Shown here: positions 46,486-56,887 of the stretch, one piece after another | Layout: every line of letters starts with the position of its first letter | Numbering within the stretch: the first letter of the stretch is position 1 | NCBI GenBank assembly: GCA_052168235.1 | Contig: JBQLZK010000037.1 | Span: forward strand, 1 to 64,000 | DNA: 64,000 bases | From: Thainema sp. | GTDB lineage: Bacteria > Cyanobacteriota > Cyanobacteriia > Phormidesmidales > Phormidesmidaceae | Direction: 5' to 3' | Program-made: the position numbers and the translations under genes | Notes under the pieces: generated by a model | Database searches by the model: none | Told to the model about the DNA's origin: nothing | The model's input: only the letters and a program-made list of their open reading frames with translations

Positions 46486-47400
46486 TTAAGAAGCATTTGT
46501 GGTCACCACAAATCGCATTTTTAGACTTTTGATTAATTGCGATATGAGAGGCTGCAAGATTCGCTTTGAAATATGCACTGGATGAATTTTGAAGGCCCAT
46601 ATAGCATGAACTAGCGCCGCTCGCTTTTGACCCATTTCATAGGATTTCACCGCATGTTTGTAGAGAAATTCAGCAAACATTTTGGGATGAGATTCAAAGG
46701 CGTAGCGATGTTTTTGAACTAACTGGTTAAAGCTATCCTGGCGCAGATTTAAACTACCTGAAACTCTTGTGCCTGAGTGTACTAAAAGCTGATACGCTAC
46801 CTTTGGCAAACCAATCAGGGTACATTCAGGATTCAGTCTCAAAAAGAATTCGGAATGAACTCGGGAGCGAAATGCTTCGTCCCAACCACCAATCTTAAGC
46901 ACTAGTTCACGCTCAACCACCAGCGTTTGTTTGGTATGAAACGATCGCCCCGGTTCGGGATCTGCCAAAAAGAAATAGCTGCCTTTTGAACATTGGGTGG
47001 GTGGCAGACGAGTGAGTAGAACGTCTCCATGCTCATTCACCTTTTGCAGACCCGAAATCACGGCCACAGGCGGATCACAAGATGTACTTTTCAATGCGGC
47101 CAACGACATTTCCACCATGTGCGGCAGCAGCACATCATCATCATCGAGATACGTTACCCAGCGCCCCCGAGCCGCTTGGGTGCCGACATTGCGAGCACCC
47201 GCACCGCCGACGCCTGCTTCGAGTCGAATCACTCGTAAGCGCGGATTTTCTGGAAGTTGGACAGGTTCGCTGGATGCATCATCGACTACCACCACTTCTA
47301 AGTCTTGGTAGGTTTGATTTAAGGCACTCTCAACCGCAAGTGGCAGCAGATGAGGCCGATTATGGGTCGGAATAATGATGCTGATCGGAGGATGAGACAT
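46486..47400 (-). CDS. Glycosyltransferase family 2
   Basis: ISIIIPTHNR, VVDDAS, ARNVG, YLDDDD. Confidence 0.9.
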   Translation of the reverse strand: MSHPPISIIIPTHNRPHLLPLAVESALNQTYQDLEVVVVDDASSEPVQLPENPRLRVIRLEAGVGGAGARNVGTQAARGRWVTYLDDDDVLLPHMVEMSLAALKSTSCDPPVAVISGLQKVNEHGDVLLTRLPPTQCSKGSYFFLADPEPGRSFHTKQTLVVERELVLKIGGWDEAFRSRVHSEFFLRLNPECTLIGLPKVAYQLLVHSGTRVSGSLNLRQDSFNQLVQKHRYAFESHPKMFAEFLYKHAVKSYEMGQKRAALVHAIWAFKIHPVHISKRILQPLISQLIKSLKMRFVVTTNAS

Positions 47401-47539
47401 CGTTTATAAGCGTAATGGAATAGAAGTTAATAAAACGGCAAGATATTGTTTATCGTGGGTCGTAGTCTGTGTGTGAGGCTGGTTGACTAGCGTTGAATTT
47501 CACATTGTTCAAATCAACTTGTTGTGGGACATTTGCGAG

Positions 47540-48874
47540 TTATTTAGGTATATGCGGTTGACTAACAGATAGCGGCTCGGTTGAGGGGACTAAAGCCCAG
47601 GTTCGCGGTTGATAGAACTGACATTTGTTGATGTTGCAGTAGGCCGTGACGGTGAATCGAAACGATTCCACGACATCAAAGGTGTAAACCGCATCTTTTC
47701 TGACCCGTATTTGCGCCGTATATACACCAGGAGCAAGACCCAAATAGGGAAGCTGGAGTTGAATTTCAGAAAAGCCAGAGGAAAGGTTAAAGAAGGCATC
47801 GTCGTTTTGCCCCCGCAGCGACAAGGCATAGCCTGCATTCTCGACACCGCCCACCTTAGTAATCCGCATGTCTAAAGCCACACCGCTATAGCTGCCGTGA
47901 GCCTCGCAGTTGACGCACAAGCTCATGGCTTCTCCCGTCAGCACGGTTTGCGTCGGTTGGCCTTGAGCATCGCGGAAAAAGAGGTCGCGAATGTCAATGC
48001 CAGTGCTGGCTGTGCCAGGTTTAGCTGGAAAGGTCATGCGATTCTCAGAGCGTTCGACGCTGCTGAGGAAGAGGTCGTGCTCGTACCGATCGACGACCGT
48101 ATTAACCTCGCCTTGCGTCACCAATGCGCCCTGAGAGAGATAAATAGCCGTATCGCAGATGTTCAAAATGGCCTGGGCGTTGTGGTTGACCAGGATAAAC
48201 GCGACGCCTTTTTGCCGAAGTTCATAGAGACGGCGATAGCATTTGGCTTTGAAGCGGGCATCGCCGACGGCGAGAACTTCATCAATCAGCAAAATATCGG
48301 GTTCGGTATAGATGGCGCAGGCAAAGCCCAAACGAGCTGCCATTCCTGAGCTGTAGGTTTGCACCGGAGCATCAATGGCTGTTTCAATCTCGGCAAACTC
48401 GACCACATCCTGAAACCGCTGCTCAATCTGGCGAGTTGTCAAACCCAGGATCGACATGTTGGCATAAATATTTTCCCGTCCCGTCAGAATCGGATTAAAG
48501 CCTGCCCCCAGCGCAATCAGCGGCGCGAGACGGCCTCGAATTCGCACTTGGCCCGTATCCGGTTTAATCAGACCGCTGATAATCCGTAACAGGGTACTTT
48601 TGCCAGCGCCGTTACTGCCCACCAGTCCCACAGCCTGCCCCCGATGCAGCTGAAAACTAATCGACTGGAGCGCCCAAAATTCCTGCGATCGCAACCGATC
48701 ACTGTGGCGTCGTCCCCCGGTCAGGTCTGCCGCGATATCCTGCACGCCGTAAAAGAGCGATCGCTTTAAATCACGACAGAACTTTTTAGACACTCCTTCA
48801 ACGGAGATCACGGGCGGCTCGGGCGACACCTGTTCAGAACTGGATTGTTGTTGATGTTGAGTATTCAGCAGCAT
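47540..48874 (-). CDS. wzt: Polysaccharide ABC exporter ATPase with Wzt C-terminal domain
   Basis: GSNGAGKST, GAGFNPILTGRENI, YSSGMAARLGF, DEVLAVGD and a C-terminal beta domain. Confidence 0.9.
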   Translation of the reverse strand: MLLNTQHQQQSSSEQVSPEPPVISVEGVSKKFCRDLKRSLFYGVQDIAADLTGGRRHSDRLRSQEFWALQSISFQLHRGQAVGLVGSNGAGKSTLLRIISGLIKPDTGQVRIRGRLAPLIALGAGFNPILTGRENIYANMSILGLTTRQIEQRFQDVVEFAEIETAIDAPVQTYSSGMAARLGFACAIYTEPDILLIDEVLAVGDARFKAKCYRRLYELRQKGVAFILVNHNAQAILNICDTAIYLSQGALVTQGEVNTVVDRYEHDLFLSSVERSENRMTFPAKPGTASTGIDIRDLFFRDAQGQPTQTVLTGEAMSLCVNCEAHGSYSGVALDMRITKVGGVENAGYALSLRGQNDDAFFNLSSGFSEIQLQLPYLGLAPGVYTAQIRVRKDAVYTFDVVESFRFTVTAYCNINKCQFYQPRTWALVPSTEPLSVSQPHIPK

Positions 48875-49771
48875 CTATGACGTTACCCTCTCGACCACAT
48901 ACGGCATCGCAATCCGAAAACCCACCCAGGTTAGTACTAGTCCAACTAGAGTTAATCCACTCACCACCCAAAAGCCCAATGACTGGGTCAGTATTCCAGT
49001 CGTCGCTAACTCTCGCAGCGTGACTAATAGCGGTGTGACGGGATTCCACGCCACTAGCGCTCCAAACAGTCCCTCTGTCGGTACGGGATAGATTACCGGA
49101 GTCAAAAACAGCCAAAATCCCATAATCATGTTCAGGCTTTTGGAAACGTCCTGGTACAGCACGCCAATTGGAGCCAGTAAGACGCCCACCAGCGTACCCA
49201 GCAAAATCAGGTGAATCAGCGCAATTGGAGTCAGGACAATAGTCCAGCTCACGGGCACCCGGAAGTAGATAAATAAGCTGACAATCAGAATCAGCTTGAT
49301 GCCAAAGTTGAAGAAGACTTCCCCCAGTTTGGCTAGGATGATGGCCTCGCGGGGAAAATTGACCCTGGCCAGCATCGGCTTAGCCAAAATCACCGCCTGC
49401 ACTGGCCCGGTTGCGGCATCCACAAAAGTTTGCCACAGAGCTGTGTTGAACATGACGTAGGCCGGATAGGGAATATCCGTTTCGCCCACGGCAAACACAT
49501 TGGCATCCTTGGCCAGCGTGAAACCGAGCGCCATCGCAATGGGTGGAATAAACGCCCAGGCAATGCCCAAAAGCGCCTGCCGATACTGGGCGCTGATGTC
49601 GCGCACCATCAGCCGCCAAGCCAACTCGCGAGATGCCAGCAGATCACGCCACATCGTCCACAGCAAATACCGGGGACGCCGCAGCAAACTATCGGGAGTA
49701 TGAACAACTTCTGGAGGCATAGAGATCACAACCGAACTACGAACTAACTTGCTGATGCTGGGTTTCGTCAC
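48875..49771 (-). CDS. wzm: Polysaccharide ABC exporter permease
   Basis: RDISAQYRQALLGIAW, FPRE, FLTPVIYP, WNPVT. Confidence 0.9.
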   Translation of the reverse strand: MTKPSISKLVRSSVVISMPPEVVHTPDSLLRRPRYLLWTMWRDLLASRELAWRLMVRDISAQYRQALLGIAWAFIPPIAMALGFTLAKDANVFAVGETDIPYPAYVMFNTALWQTFVDAATGPVQAVILAKPMLARVNFPREAIILAKLGEVFFNFGIKLILIVSLFIYFRVPVSWTIVLTPIALIHLILLGTLVGVLLAPIGVLYQDVSKSLNMIMGFWLFLTPVIYPVPTEGLFGALVAWNPVTPLLVTLRELATTGILTQSLGFWVVSGLTLVGLVLTWVGFRIAMPYVVERVTS

Positions 49772-49788
49772 CTCAGCCCAACCTACGA

Positions 49789-50757
49789 CTAGCTGGCCGT
49801 TTCACGGCTGGGGCTGGGTTCAATCTTTTGATCAATGTGCTGGTCAATGCGATCGCAGATCGGTGCGGCATCACCTTGGCCTGAACGCTGATACTGCAGC
49901 ATTTCCCAGAAAAAGCCAGCGGCATTGGCAACTTGGGATACAAACAGCACAGCCGTCAACACCAGCCCCTTGCTGCCTTGACCATTGACAAACGGATAGC
50001 GCAGCAGGCTGAGATAGTAGTTGCCTTCAATTTGAAACTGACCCCATCCTTTCTCTTCACGTGTTTTGTGGAACCGAAATGCTCCTTGGCCATAGCTAAA
50101 GTGCTGCTTCCAGAAGCTTTTTAGCGTCATGGGATGAGCATGGTAAATCACCACCTCCGGCGCATAGGTCATGCGGTACCCGTGATGAATCCAGCGATCG
50201 CACAACTCGCGATCCTCGGAAGTGGTAAAGCTTTCATCAAACCCGCCCAATTCTCGGAATTGCACCGCAGGTACCACCATGTTATTGGAAGCAAAGAACC
50301 GCGCCTGATCCCGCACCGCATTGTAGTGGTCATAGCCCATGCTGATAATGTTCTGGCTGGTGGTGGAATAGGGATTATCGGCTAGAGCGTTGACCGTTCG
50401 TCCCCCGACAATGTGCTCTGGCTCCTTGGTAAAACAAGCTTCTAATGCCGTGAGCCAGTCGGTGGCGGGTCGGCAGTCATCGTCGGTAAAGGCGAGATAT
50501 TTGCCCTGAGCCAGTCGGGCTGCGTGATTGCGAGCCGCAGCAGGGCCAGCATTGGCCTGTCGAATCAGCCTCAGATTGAGCGGGTCTCGAAAGGGCGCAA
50601 CCACTGAGTCTAAGGGCTGCTGGCTGCCATCATCCACAACCAGAACTTCAATGCGATCGCGGGGATAGTCTAGCTGAGTCAGCGACTTTAAACAGGTCGC
50701 CAACTGCTGCGGGCGGTTATAGGTGGGAATGATGATGGAAAAGGTTGGCTGTTCCAT
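49789..50757 (-). CDS. Glycosyltransferase family 2
   Basis: SIIIPTYNR, VVDDGS, FTDDDC, GGFDESF..SED. Confidence 0.9.
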   Translation of the reverse strand: MEQPTFSIIIPTYNRPQQLATCLKSLTQLDYPRDRIEVLVVDDGSQQPLDSVVAPFRDPLNLRLIRQANAGPAAARNHAARLAQGKYLAFTDDDCRPATDWLTALEACFTKEPEHIVGGRTVNALADNPYSTTSQNIISMGYDHYNAVRDQARFFASNNMVVPAVQFRELGGFDESFTTSEDRELCDRWIHHGYRMTYAPEVVIYHAHPMTLKSFWKQHFSYGQGAFRFHKTREEKGWGQFQIEGNYYLSLLRYPFVNGQGSKGLVLTAVLFVSQVANAAGFFWEMLQYQRSGQGDAAPICDRIDQHIDQKIEPSPSRETAS

Positions 50758-50809
50758 GTTCGTTAGGAGCCTCAGTAGTTGCCGTCGGTTATTGTTTGGG
50801 AGTACTCAG

Positions 50810-50849
50810 GTAATGATGTTGTGGGGCGGTGCCCCCACAACATCATTAC
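50810..50849. terminator. 17-bp intra-operon stem-loop overlapping a stop codon
   Basis: GTAATGATGTTGTGGGG-CGGTGC-CCCCACAACATCATTAC. Confidence 0.6.
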
Positions 50850-51880
50850 TTTGAGGCATGCATCAACTGTTGGCGCTGTTGCTCACGCGCGTGGCGCGCA
50901 GTGAGTAAGCGGTTCAGGCGATGGTCAAACCACATCAACACTCGCTCTAGTTTGGGACTGTAGAGGCCAAAAGTTAGCTTCAGGATCACAGGCGCTAGAA
51001 TCGTGCCTTTGCGCCGCCAGCCCAGCTTTTTGTACTTGGTTTTGAAGTAGCCATCTTCAGCCAGATTCCACTTATCCCGCAGGTGATACAGGCTCTTCAG
51101 CGTCCACTCGTCGCTCCAGCGCAGCATGTAGTAGTGCAGATCGCTCCACTGGGCAGGTGGGCCAGGAACGTAAGTTACGATGCAATCTGGCTCAAAATAT
51201 ACGCTGCCGCCTGCCTCTCGCACCGTCATGCAGAAGTCTAAATGCTCTTTGGTGTTGAGCATTTGCTCATCTAGCAACCCCACTTGATCAAACACAGAGC
51301 GACGCACCAGCACGCAGTGAAACTCCGCTAGCTCCGTCTCTTGACGCTGGAGCTGCGGCTGAATTTGGGCAACGGTTTTGCCTTGGCTATACATCTTCTC
51401 GCGCAGCCGTCGCCGCCCGGTCTTATCGACCCAAATGTGAGATTCTCCGCCCGCAAAATGGACTTCGGCATGGAGCGGTTCGTGCTGACACATAAGGGGG
51501 CCAACCACCGCCGCACCCGTCTCTTCAGCACAGCCAACTAGGGCTTTGAGCCAACCGGGAGTGACCACTACGTCATTGTCAACAAAGACGAGATAAGGCG
51601 TATCGACCGCTGCTAGACCAATATTGCGAGCTTGGTTCGGATACAGGTAATAGTCTTTGCGAATCAGGGTAAAAGACTTATCTTCCGCCTGCTCCTCTAG
51701 ATATTGCCGGACAGAGGGAGGCGAGTTGCCGTCTACATACACCAGCTTGAATGGCATCTGCGTATGCTCGTAGATGCTCTCCAGTGAAGTTTGAGTACAG
51801 CTAAAGCGCTCACGCGGTACGACCACAAGGGTGACGATAGGTTCGGTCATGGTGGGTTTCTGGCTCATCTTCAGGGACAT
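50846..51880 (-). CDS. Glycosyltransferase family 2 (variant)
   Basis: VTLVVVPRER, YVDGNS, ARNIG, FVDNDV, GLLDE. Confidence 0.85.
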   Translation of the reverse strand: MSLKMSQKPTMTEPIVTLVVVPRERFSCTQTSLESIYEHTQMPFKLVYVDGNSPPSVRQYLEEQAEDKSFTLIRKDYYLYPNQARNIGLAAVDTPYLVFVDNDVVVTPGWLKALVGCAEETGAAVVGPLMCQHEPLHAEVHFAGGESHIWVDKTGRRRLREKMYSQGKTVAQIQPQLQRQETELAEFHCVLVRRSVFDQVGLLDEQMLNTKEHLDFCMTVREAGGSVYFEPDCIVTYVPGPPAQWSDLHYYMLRWSDEWTLKSLYHLRDKWNLAEDGYFKTKYKKLGWRRKGTILAPVILKLTFGLYSPKLERVLMWFDHRLNRLLTARHAREQQRQQLMHASK

Positions 51881-51919
51881 TAGTAGAACAAGTCAAGTCT
51901 TGTCAGGAGCGATGCACAG

Positions 51920-53218
51920 TTAAGGCGAACTGGGTTCCATCGAAACGGTGCGCGATCGCACATCTTCTGTGTCTGGTGTATCTGATTTCAACAGCCGCTC
52001 GTATAGCTGCACCAGCCGATCATTTAGGCGATGAATATCATAGTGCTGTTCCACAAACGCCCGTCCAGCCTGACCCATTGCGGGCCAGCGTTCGGGATGC
52101 TCAATTAAGTAGCCAAGCTTGGCCGCGATCGCATCAGCATCTCGCTCAGGCACTAAAAATCCTGAAATACCATCTTCCACCAGCTCTGGAATACCACCAT
52201 GCAGCGTACTGATCACAGGCAATCCTATCGCCATCGCTTCTTTCAATACATTTACAGGCGCATCTTGATCGCCGTCCTGTGCAGTGACGCTAGGAGCTAA
52301 GAATAAATGTGACTGATCTAATATTTCGATTAATTCCTGCTCAGTTTTCCAGCCAACTAATCGAATGATTGACTCGGCGTGTAATTGTCGAATCAAGGCT
52401 TGTAACTCAGTTTTGAGCGGCCCTTCGCCGACAATGCAGTAATCCAAATTGAGATGAGGATAGGCTTGTACGAGCTGAGTAACCGCGCGAATAGCATATT
52501 CAACGCCCTTTTTCTCAACCAGCCGTCCTGTTGTCACAATCCGAACAGGTTCATTGGACGCTAATGTTCTTGGCTTAAAGGCAAACTTATGGCAGTCCAA
52601 GCCAGATTGGTGAACCGCAATCCGTTCAGACGGACAGCCTAGCTGAATGGCTCTCTGACGGAAAAAATCGCAGTTTGCCAAGAAGGAATCGCCCGCTCTA
52701 AATAGTTCATCGTAAATATGTATGCCCTTTTCCTGAGGATATCGGCTAATATCATGACCTCGAAACATCACAATTAGCTTAGGTCGTGGCTGCTGTAAAT
52801 GGCAGAAGTATAAACCCCGATATCCCTGGGTGCCAAATTGACAGTGAATAATATCATAATGTGGCTTATCAATAAGAGCAATGACTGAATACATCAGCCA
52901 CAAACCTAGTGCCTGTAATCCATATTTTTGAATCTGAATTGATTGGAAAAACAAGCCCGGAGCACGGTGGAAATTTCGCACGAGTAGCCCTATTCCTCGG
53001 ATGATCCGTAAAGCTTGGTTGCCAGGAACATAAGGAAGCTGATATGTGCGATCGCACAATCCATATTTTTCAACATCAGGATGGACTTTGTTCGTATCTC
53101 CCCACTGTTCGGTATAAATATCGACTTCGTGTCCCCGCTCAATCAGTCCTGTAATTTGATTCAGGACAAACGTTTGGGACAGTATAGGAAATCGACCGAC
53201 GATAAACGCAATTCTCAT
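51920..53218 (-). CDS. Glycosyltransferase family 4 (WcaL-like)
   Basis: FPILSQTFV, FRGHDI, TGRLVEKKG, LKEAMAIGLPVIST.HGGIPE. Confidence 0.9.
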   Translation of the reverse strand: MRIAFIVGRFPILSQTFVLNQITGLIERGHEVDIYTEQWGDTNKVHPDVEKYGLCDRTYQLPYVPGNQALRIIRGIGLLVRNFHRAPGLFFQSIQIQKYGLQALGLWLMYSVIALIDKPHYDIIHCQFGTQGYRGLYFCHLQQPRPKLIVMFRGHDISRYPQEKGIHIYDELFRAGDSFLANCDFFRQRAIQLGCPSERIAVHQSGLDCHKFAFKPRTLASNEPVRIVTTGRLVEKKGVEYAIRAVTQLVQAYPHLNLDYCIVGEGPLKTELQALIRQLHAESIIRLVGWKTEQELIEILDQSHLFLAPSVTAQDGDQDAPVNVLKEAMAIGLPVISTLHGGIPELVEDGISGFLVPERDADAIAAKLGYLIEHPERWPAMGQAGRAFVEQHYDIHRLNDRLVQLYERLLKSDTPDTEDVRSRTVSMEPSSP

Positions 53219-53284
53219 TACAAATACTTAAACAAAGTTTGTTTGCAGTAGGGCTTTTTCAGGCAGATTGCACTGAAGAAATAG

Positions 53285-54208
53285 TTACTCTCGAATCGAT
53301 ACTCCTCCAAGTAGCAGGCGAATTTTTTCCCAAGCATTGATATAGCGAATTACTAAAAGCATCAGAGAAACTTTCACCTTTCGGGTGAATCCCTTTACAG
53401 CAGGATTCCTAAACGTAGTAATTGTGAAATTGACAGGCGGAATCAAATCTTCGGCAAACAGGTGGCCAAACATTAGATAGCGCTTCAACCACGATGGCTC
53501 CCGCTGAATAAAGTGATCGTAGACACCACCTGCGGTTCGGATAGTTCGCTGATAAAGCTGGTTCCAGGTATGGCGGGCCGGATGGTTCACTACCACATCA
53601 GCCGCATAAACCTGCTGATAGCCAGCCAAATAAACTCGCCTGCCCCACTCCAAATCGCCAAAGGATTTAAGCCGCTGATCAAACAGACCGACCTGATCGA
53701 TCACCTTGCTCCAGGTAAATAAGTTAGCCGTTACGCCGCCCCGAAATTGCTTCAGGTAAAACTCTTGGGGAAAAGCCGTCATGCTTTGATATAGCTCAAC
53801 GGTGGTCGGTTGATCGGCCCGCTTAAAAAAGACCTCAACTTTACCGGACACCATACCGCAGTTTGGAACTTCATCCAGTTGAGCTGCTCCCTTTGCTAAC
53901 CAGTCGGGAACTGGAATACAGTCAGCATCGGTAAAGGCAATCACCTCACCTTTGGCAAGAGCAATTCCTTGATTCCGAGCCGCATAGGAACCGGGAGTCG
54001 CCTCAAACGTCAAGATCACGTTGTCGTAGGATTCGACTGCCGCTTTAATTGGGTCAAGCGGGTCAGAGCCGTTGTCCACCACAATTACTTCAACGTGCGA
54101 TCGCGGATAGGTCTGCTGGGCCAAGGCGGCCAGACAAAGCTGTAAGCGCTCCCCATCATTGAAGACGGGGATAATTACTGAAATGAATGGGCGATCAGAA
54201 TTTGCCAT
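53285..54208 (-). CDS. Glycosyltransferase family 2
   Basis: SVIIPVFN, VVDNGS, YAARN, FTDADC. Confidence 0.9.
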   Translation of the reverse strand: MANSDRPFISVIIPVFNDGERLQLCLAALAQQTYPRSHVEVIVVDNGSDPLDPIKAAVESYDNVILTFEATPGSYAARNQGIALAKGEVIAFTDADCIPVPDWLAKGAAQLDEVPNCGMVSGKVEVFFKRADQPTTVELYQSMTAFPQEFYLKQFRGGVTANLFTWSKVIDQVGLFDQRLKSFGDLEWGRRVYLAGYQQVYAADVVVNHPARHTWNQLYQRTIRTAGGVYDHFIQREPSWLKRYLMFGHLFAEDLIPPVNFTITTFRNPAVKGFTRKVKVSLMLLVIRYINAWEKIRLLLGGVSIRE

Positions 54209-54231
54209 GATGCTTTCCCCCTTAACCCAGG

Positions 54232-55737
54232 CTAGTAGGCGCGAGATAGCGGTTGGGTATTAGCCTGCGGCTGTAGTTCTCCTTGCCGCACCTTTGACCA
54301 CTCCTGATCGGTAAAGTTCTCGTGATACGAGCGCTCAACATTAACGTTCCAGAGATCGTGCTGCTCTCCAACAATATTGCGAGCTGCCAGCAGCGCCGTC
54401 AACATTGAATGATCCTGGTTGTTATAGCGGTGCATCCCATTACGCCCAACCGTTTGCAGGTTTTCAAAGGTCTTAATGTAGTCTTCCAGAACCTGTAAAT
54501 GCTGACGATATTCACCGTCATAAACGGGATATGCCTTACGCTGACGAATGACGCATCCGTCCTGCACATCGTCGGGTTTAACCCCTAAATCAAGCCGGAC
54601 GACTTCCTGGGCAGCTAAGTCAATCAGTTGCTGATCAGACATTTCCCAAAGGTCGTCCCCTTCACTACAGAAATACTCCATACCCAAGCAGGTTTTCTGA
54701 GGATCAGGCACCATTTCTGGACTCCAGTTTTTGAAGTTTTGGATGCGACCCACTTTGAATTCAGGACTGTGGATATACAGCCAATTATCTGGAAATAATT
54801 GATCGCGATTAATAATTAGCGACACAATCAAAAAATCGCGATACTTGAGTCCACGTGCTGCTGCTAAAACCTCTTCCGGTGGCAGTGGATCGAGGCGATT
54901 GACTAATAGTGCGATCGGCATCGAGTTGATAAAATTGTCACCCGTCAATTCGAATATTTCGTCACCCTGCTTCGCAATTACTTTCGTAATCCGCTTTCCT
55001 TCTTGCTCCACGCGAATCACCTCAGTGTTGAGATGGACAGGTGAACCATGCACGTCAAGTAGATCCTGACAGCGTTCCCACATCATGCCAGGGCCGAGCC
55101 GAGGATAGTCAAATTTTTTGATTAGGCTTTTAGCATTTTGGCTACCAAAGAGAGCATTGATAACCGCCTGCTTGAGCGACATATTTTTAATACGCTGAGC
55201 AGCCCAATCAGCTCGAATTTGACTACAGGGAAGACCCCAAACTTTCTCCGTATAAGTCTTGAAGAAAATCCGGTAGAGTCGCTCTCCGAAGCAGTCAATC
55301 ACCCACTCTTCAAACGTTTCCGCTTCGAAATTTGGATTTTGATACTTATGCAATTTAGCTTTTAAGTAACTAAACAGGATGAGAGCGCTTCTGATCGGCC
55401 CTAAATTTCTCAGAGTTTTGAATAGCGATAGCGGGTAATCGTAGAATTTATGGTCGTAATAGATACGCGACAGTCGAGGCGTTTGAATGAAATCATCCCC
55501 CAGAATTTCTTTCCAAACCGCTTGCACTTCACCAACTTTGGTGAAAAAGCGGTGTCCACCAATGTCAAACCGATAGCCCTTATAGGTTTCTGTACGAGAA
55601 ATGCCACCCACTCTATCGGCCTTCTCAAGCACAATTGACTTCTGGCCGTGCTTCATCAACTCGTAACCTGCCGTGAGTCCAGCAGGACCTCCTCCGATGA
55701 TGACTACGGGAAAAGACTTCATATCGATTAACTCCAA
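54232..55737 (-). CDS. FAD-dependent oxidoreductase, UDP-galactopyranose-mutase-like family found in glycan clusters
   Basis: IIGGGPAGL, VGG..RT, FDIGGHRFF, YTEKVWG, AYPVYD, GRNGMHRYNNQDHSM. Confidence 0.8.
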   Translation of the reverse strand: MELIDMKSFPVVIIGGGPAGLTAGYELMKHGQKSIVLEKADRVGGISRTETYKGYRFDIGGHRFFTKVGEVQAVWKEILGDDFIQTPRLSRIYYDHKFYDYPLSLFKTLRNLGPIRSALILFSYLKAKLHKYQNPNFEAETFEEWVIDCFGERLYRIFFKTYTEKVWGLPCSQIRADWAAQRIKNMSLKQAVINALFGSQNAKSLIKKFDYPRLGPGMMWERCQDLLDVHGSPVHLNTEVIRVEQEGKRITKVIAKQGDEIFELTGDNFINSMPIALLVNRLDPLPPEEVLAAARGLKYRDFLIVSLIINRDQLFPDNWLYIHSPEFKVGRIQNFKNWSPEMVPDPQKTCLGMEYFCSEGDDLWEMSDQQLIDLAAQEVVRLDLGVKPDDVQDGCVIRQRKAYPVYDGEYRQHLQVLEDYIKTFENLQTVGRNGMHRYNNQDHSMLTALLAARNIVGEQHDLWNVNVERSYHENFTDQEWSKVRQGELQPQANTQPLSRAY

Positions 55738-55810
55738 ATGCTTGCGTCGTGAATCTAACGTTACGAATCTGGTGCATCTAACTGCCGCATTGAACGGGCG
55801 ATCAGAAAAC

Positions 55811-56887
55811 CTATCTGGATTTACAAACTCCCCAAGGCATAGGTGGTTGCGGTAGATGCAACTGACTTGAGAAATGCCTCAAGCTGCCGTATGCAAAGGC
55901 AAGTCCGCCATAGAGGAAATAAAACCAGTGCCAGGGAACCACTCGTAAAGCAAACCAAAGCCCCCGCTGACGATAAAAAAATCGATATACATCCCAGTTG
56001 ATTGCCAGCAATCCAAGCGCTAGAACTGCGACAACTCCAAGGAGCCAGGGCATGAACTCATTTGCCACTAAACTGGCCGCTAAGCTAGCTACTAAACTAG
56101 CGACTAGGGCGAAGGTAAGGATGACGCTGATGCGATTTTTATGGTTTAGGTTCAAATCCGCATTGAATGTGCGATCGCTTAAAATCAGCTCTGTCCAGGG
56201 CAATGCTCGGTAGAATATCTCTGCCCTAAGTAAAGAGGTAGGCGTCCAGTGCTTTAAATGTTTAACTTGGATATCTTTACACATGCGAATGGAATAGCCT
56301 GCCTGCTTCAGTCGATAGCCTAACTCGATGTCTTCTACACAGGGCTTACGATAGCTTTCATCAAAACCCCCAACGGCTTGAAAGGCTGAGCGGCGAATTG
56401 CCCCACACGCGCCCCAAAAGGTAGAAGCAACTTCGGACGATATTTGATGAGTGTAGTGATGAAATAAATTCTTATATTGAGATAGAAAATTCTCAGCTCC
56501 TGGTGCATTGTCATAGGAACCAATTATGGCTGCCAGATCTTTTTCTCGTTGAAAGACATCTATCAATCGAGAGATTGTGTCTCTATGAATCGTGACATCA
56601 GCATCAACAAAGAACACAATATCGCCCTGTGCAGCGTGTGCTCCCCGGTTTCTGGCTCGGGCTGGGCCACCCGCAGTGGGATACCTAAAAACCTTGACCC
56701 CAAACGATTCTGCAACTTGCCAGGAGCCGTCTGTATCACCATCCGCTACAACGATAATTTCATCAGGTTGCTGGCTAGACTGCTTGAGGCTGTCAAGACA
56801 TTGACGAAAACTCTTCCCCCCATTATGAACTGGAATGACAACTGAAATTGTTGGCTTAGATAGCACCTTGGTCTGCTGAAAATTCAT
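55811..56887 (-). CDS. Glycosyltransferase family 2 with C-terminal transmembrane helices
   Basis: SVVIPVHN, VADGDTD, FVDADV, GGFDE, VEDIELG. Confidence 0.9.
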   Translation of the reverse strand: MNFQQTKVLSKPTISVVIPVHNGGKSFRQCLDSLKQSSQQPDEIIVVADGDTDGSWQVAESFGVKVFRYPTAGGPARARNRGAHAAQGDIVFFVDADVTIHRDTISRLIDVFQREKDLAAIIGSYDNAPGAENFLSQYKNLFHHYTHQISSEVASTFWGACGAIRRSAFQAVGGFDESYRKPCVEDIELGYRLKQAGYSIRMCKDIQVKHLKHWTPTSLLRAEIFYRALPWTELILSDRTFNADLNLNHKNRISVILTFALVASLVASLAASLVANEFMPWLLGVVAVLALGLLAINWDVYRFFYRQRGLWFALRVVPWHWFYFLYGGLAFAYGSLRHFSSQLHLPQPPMPWGVCKSR

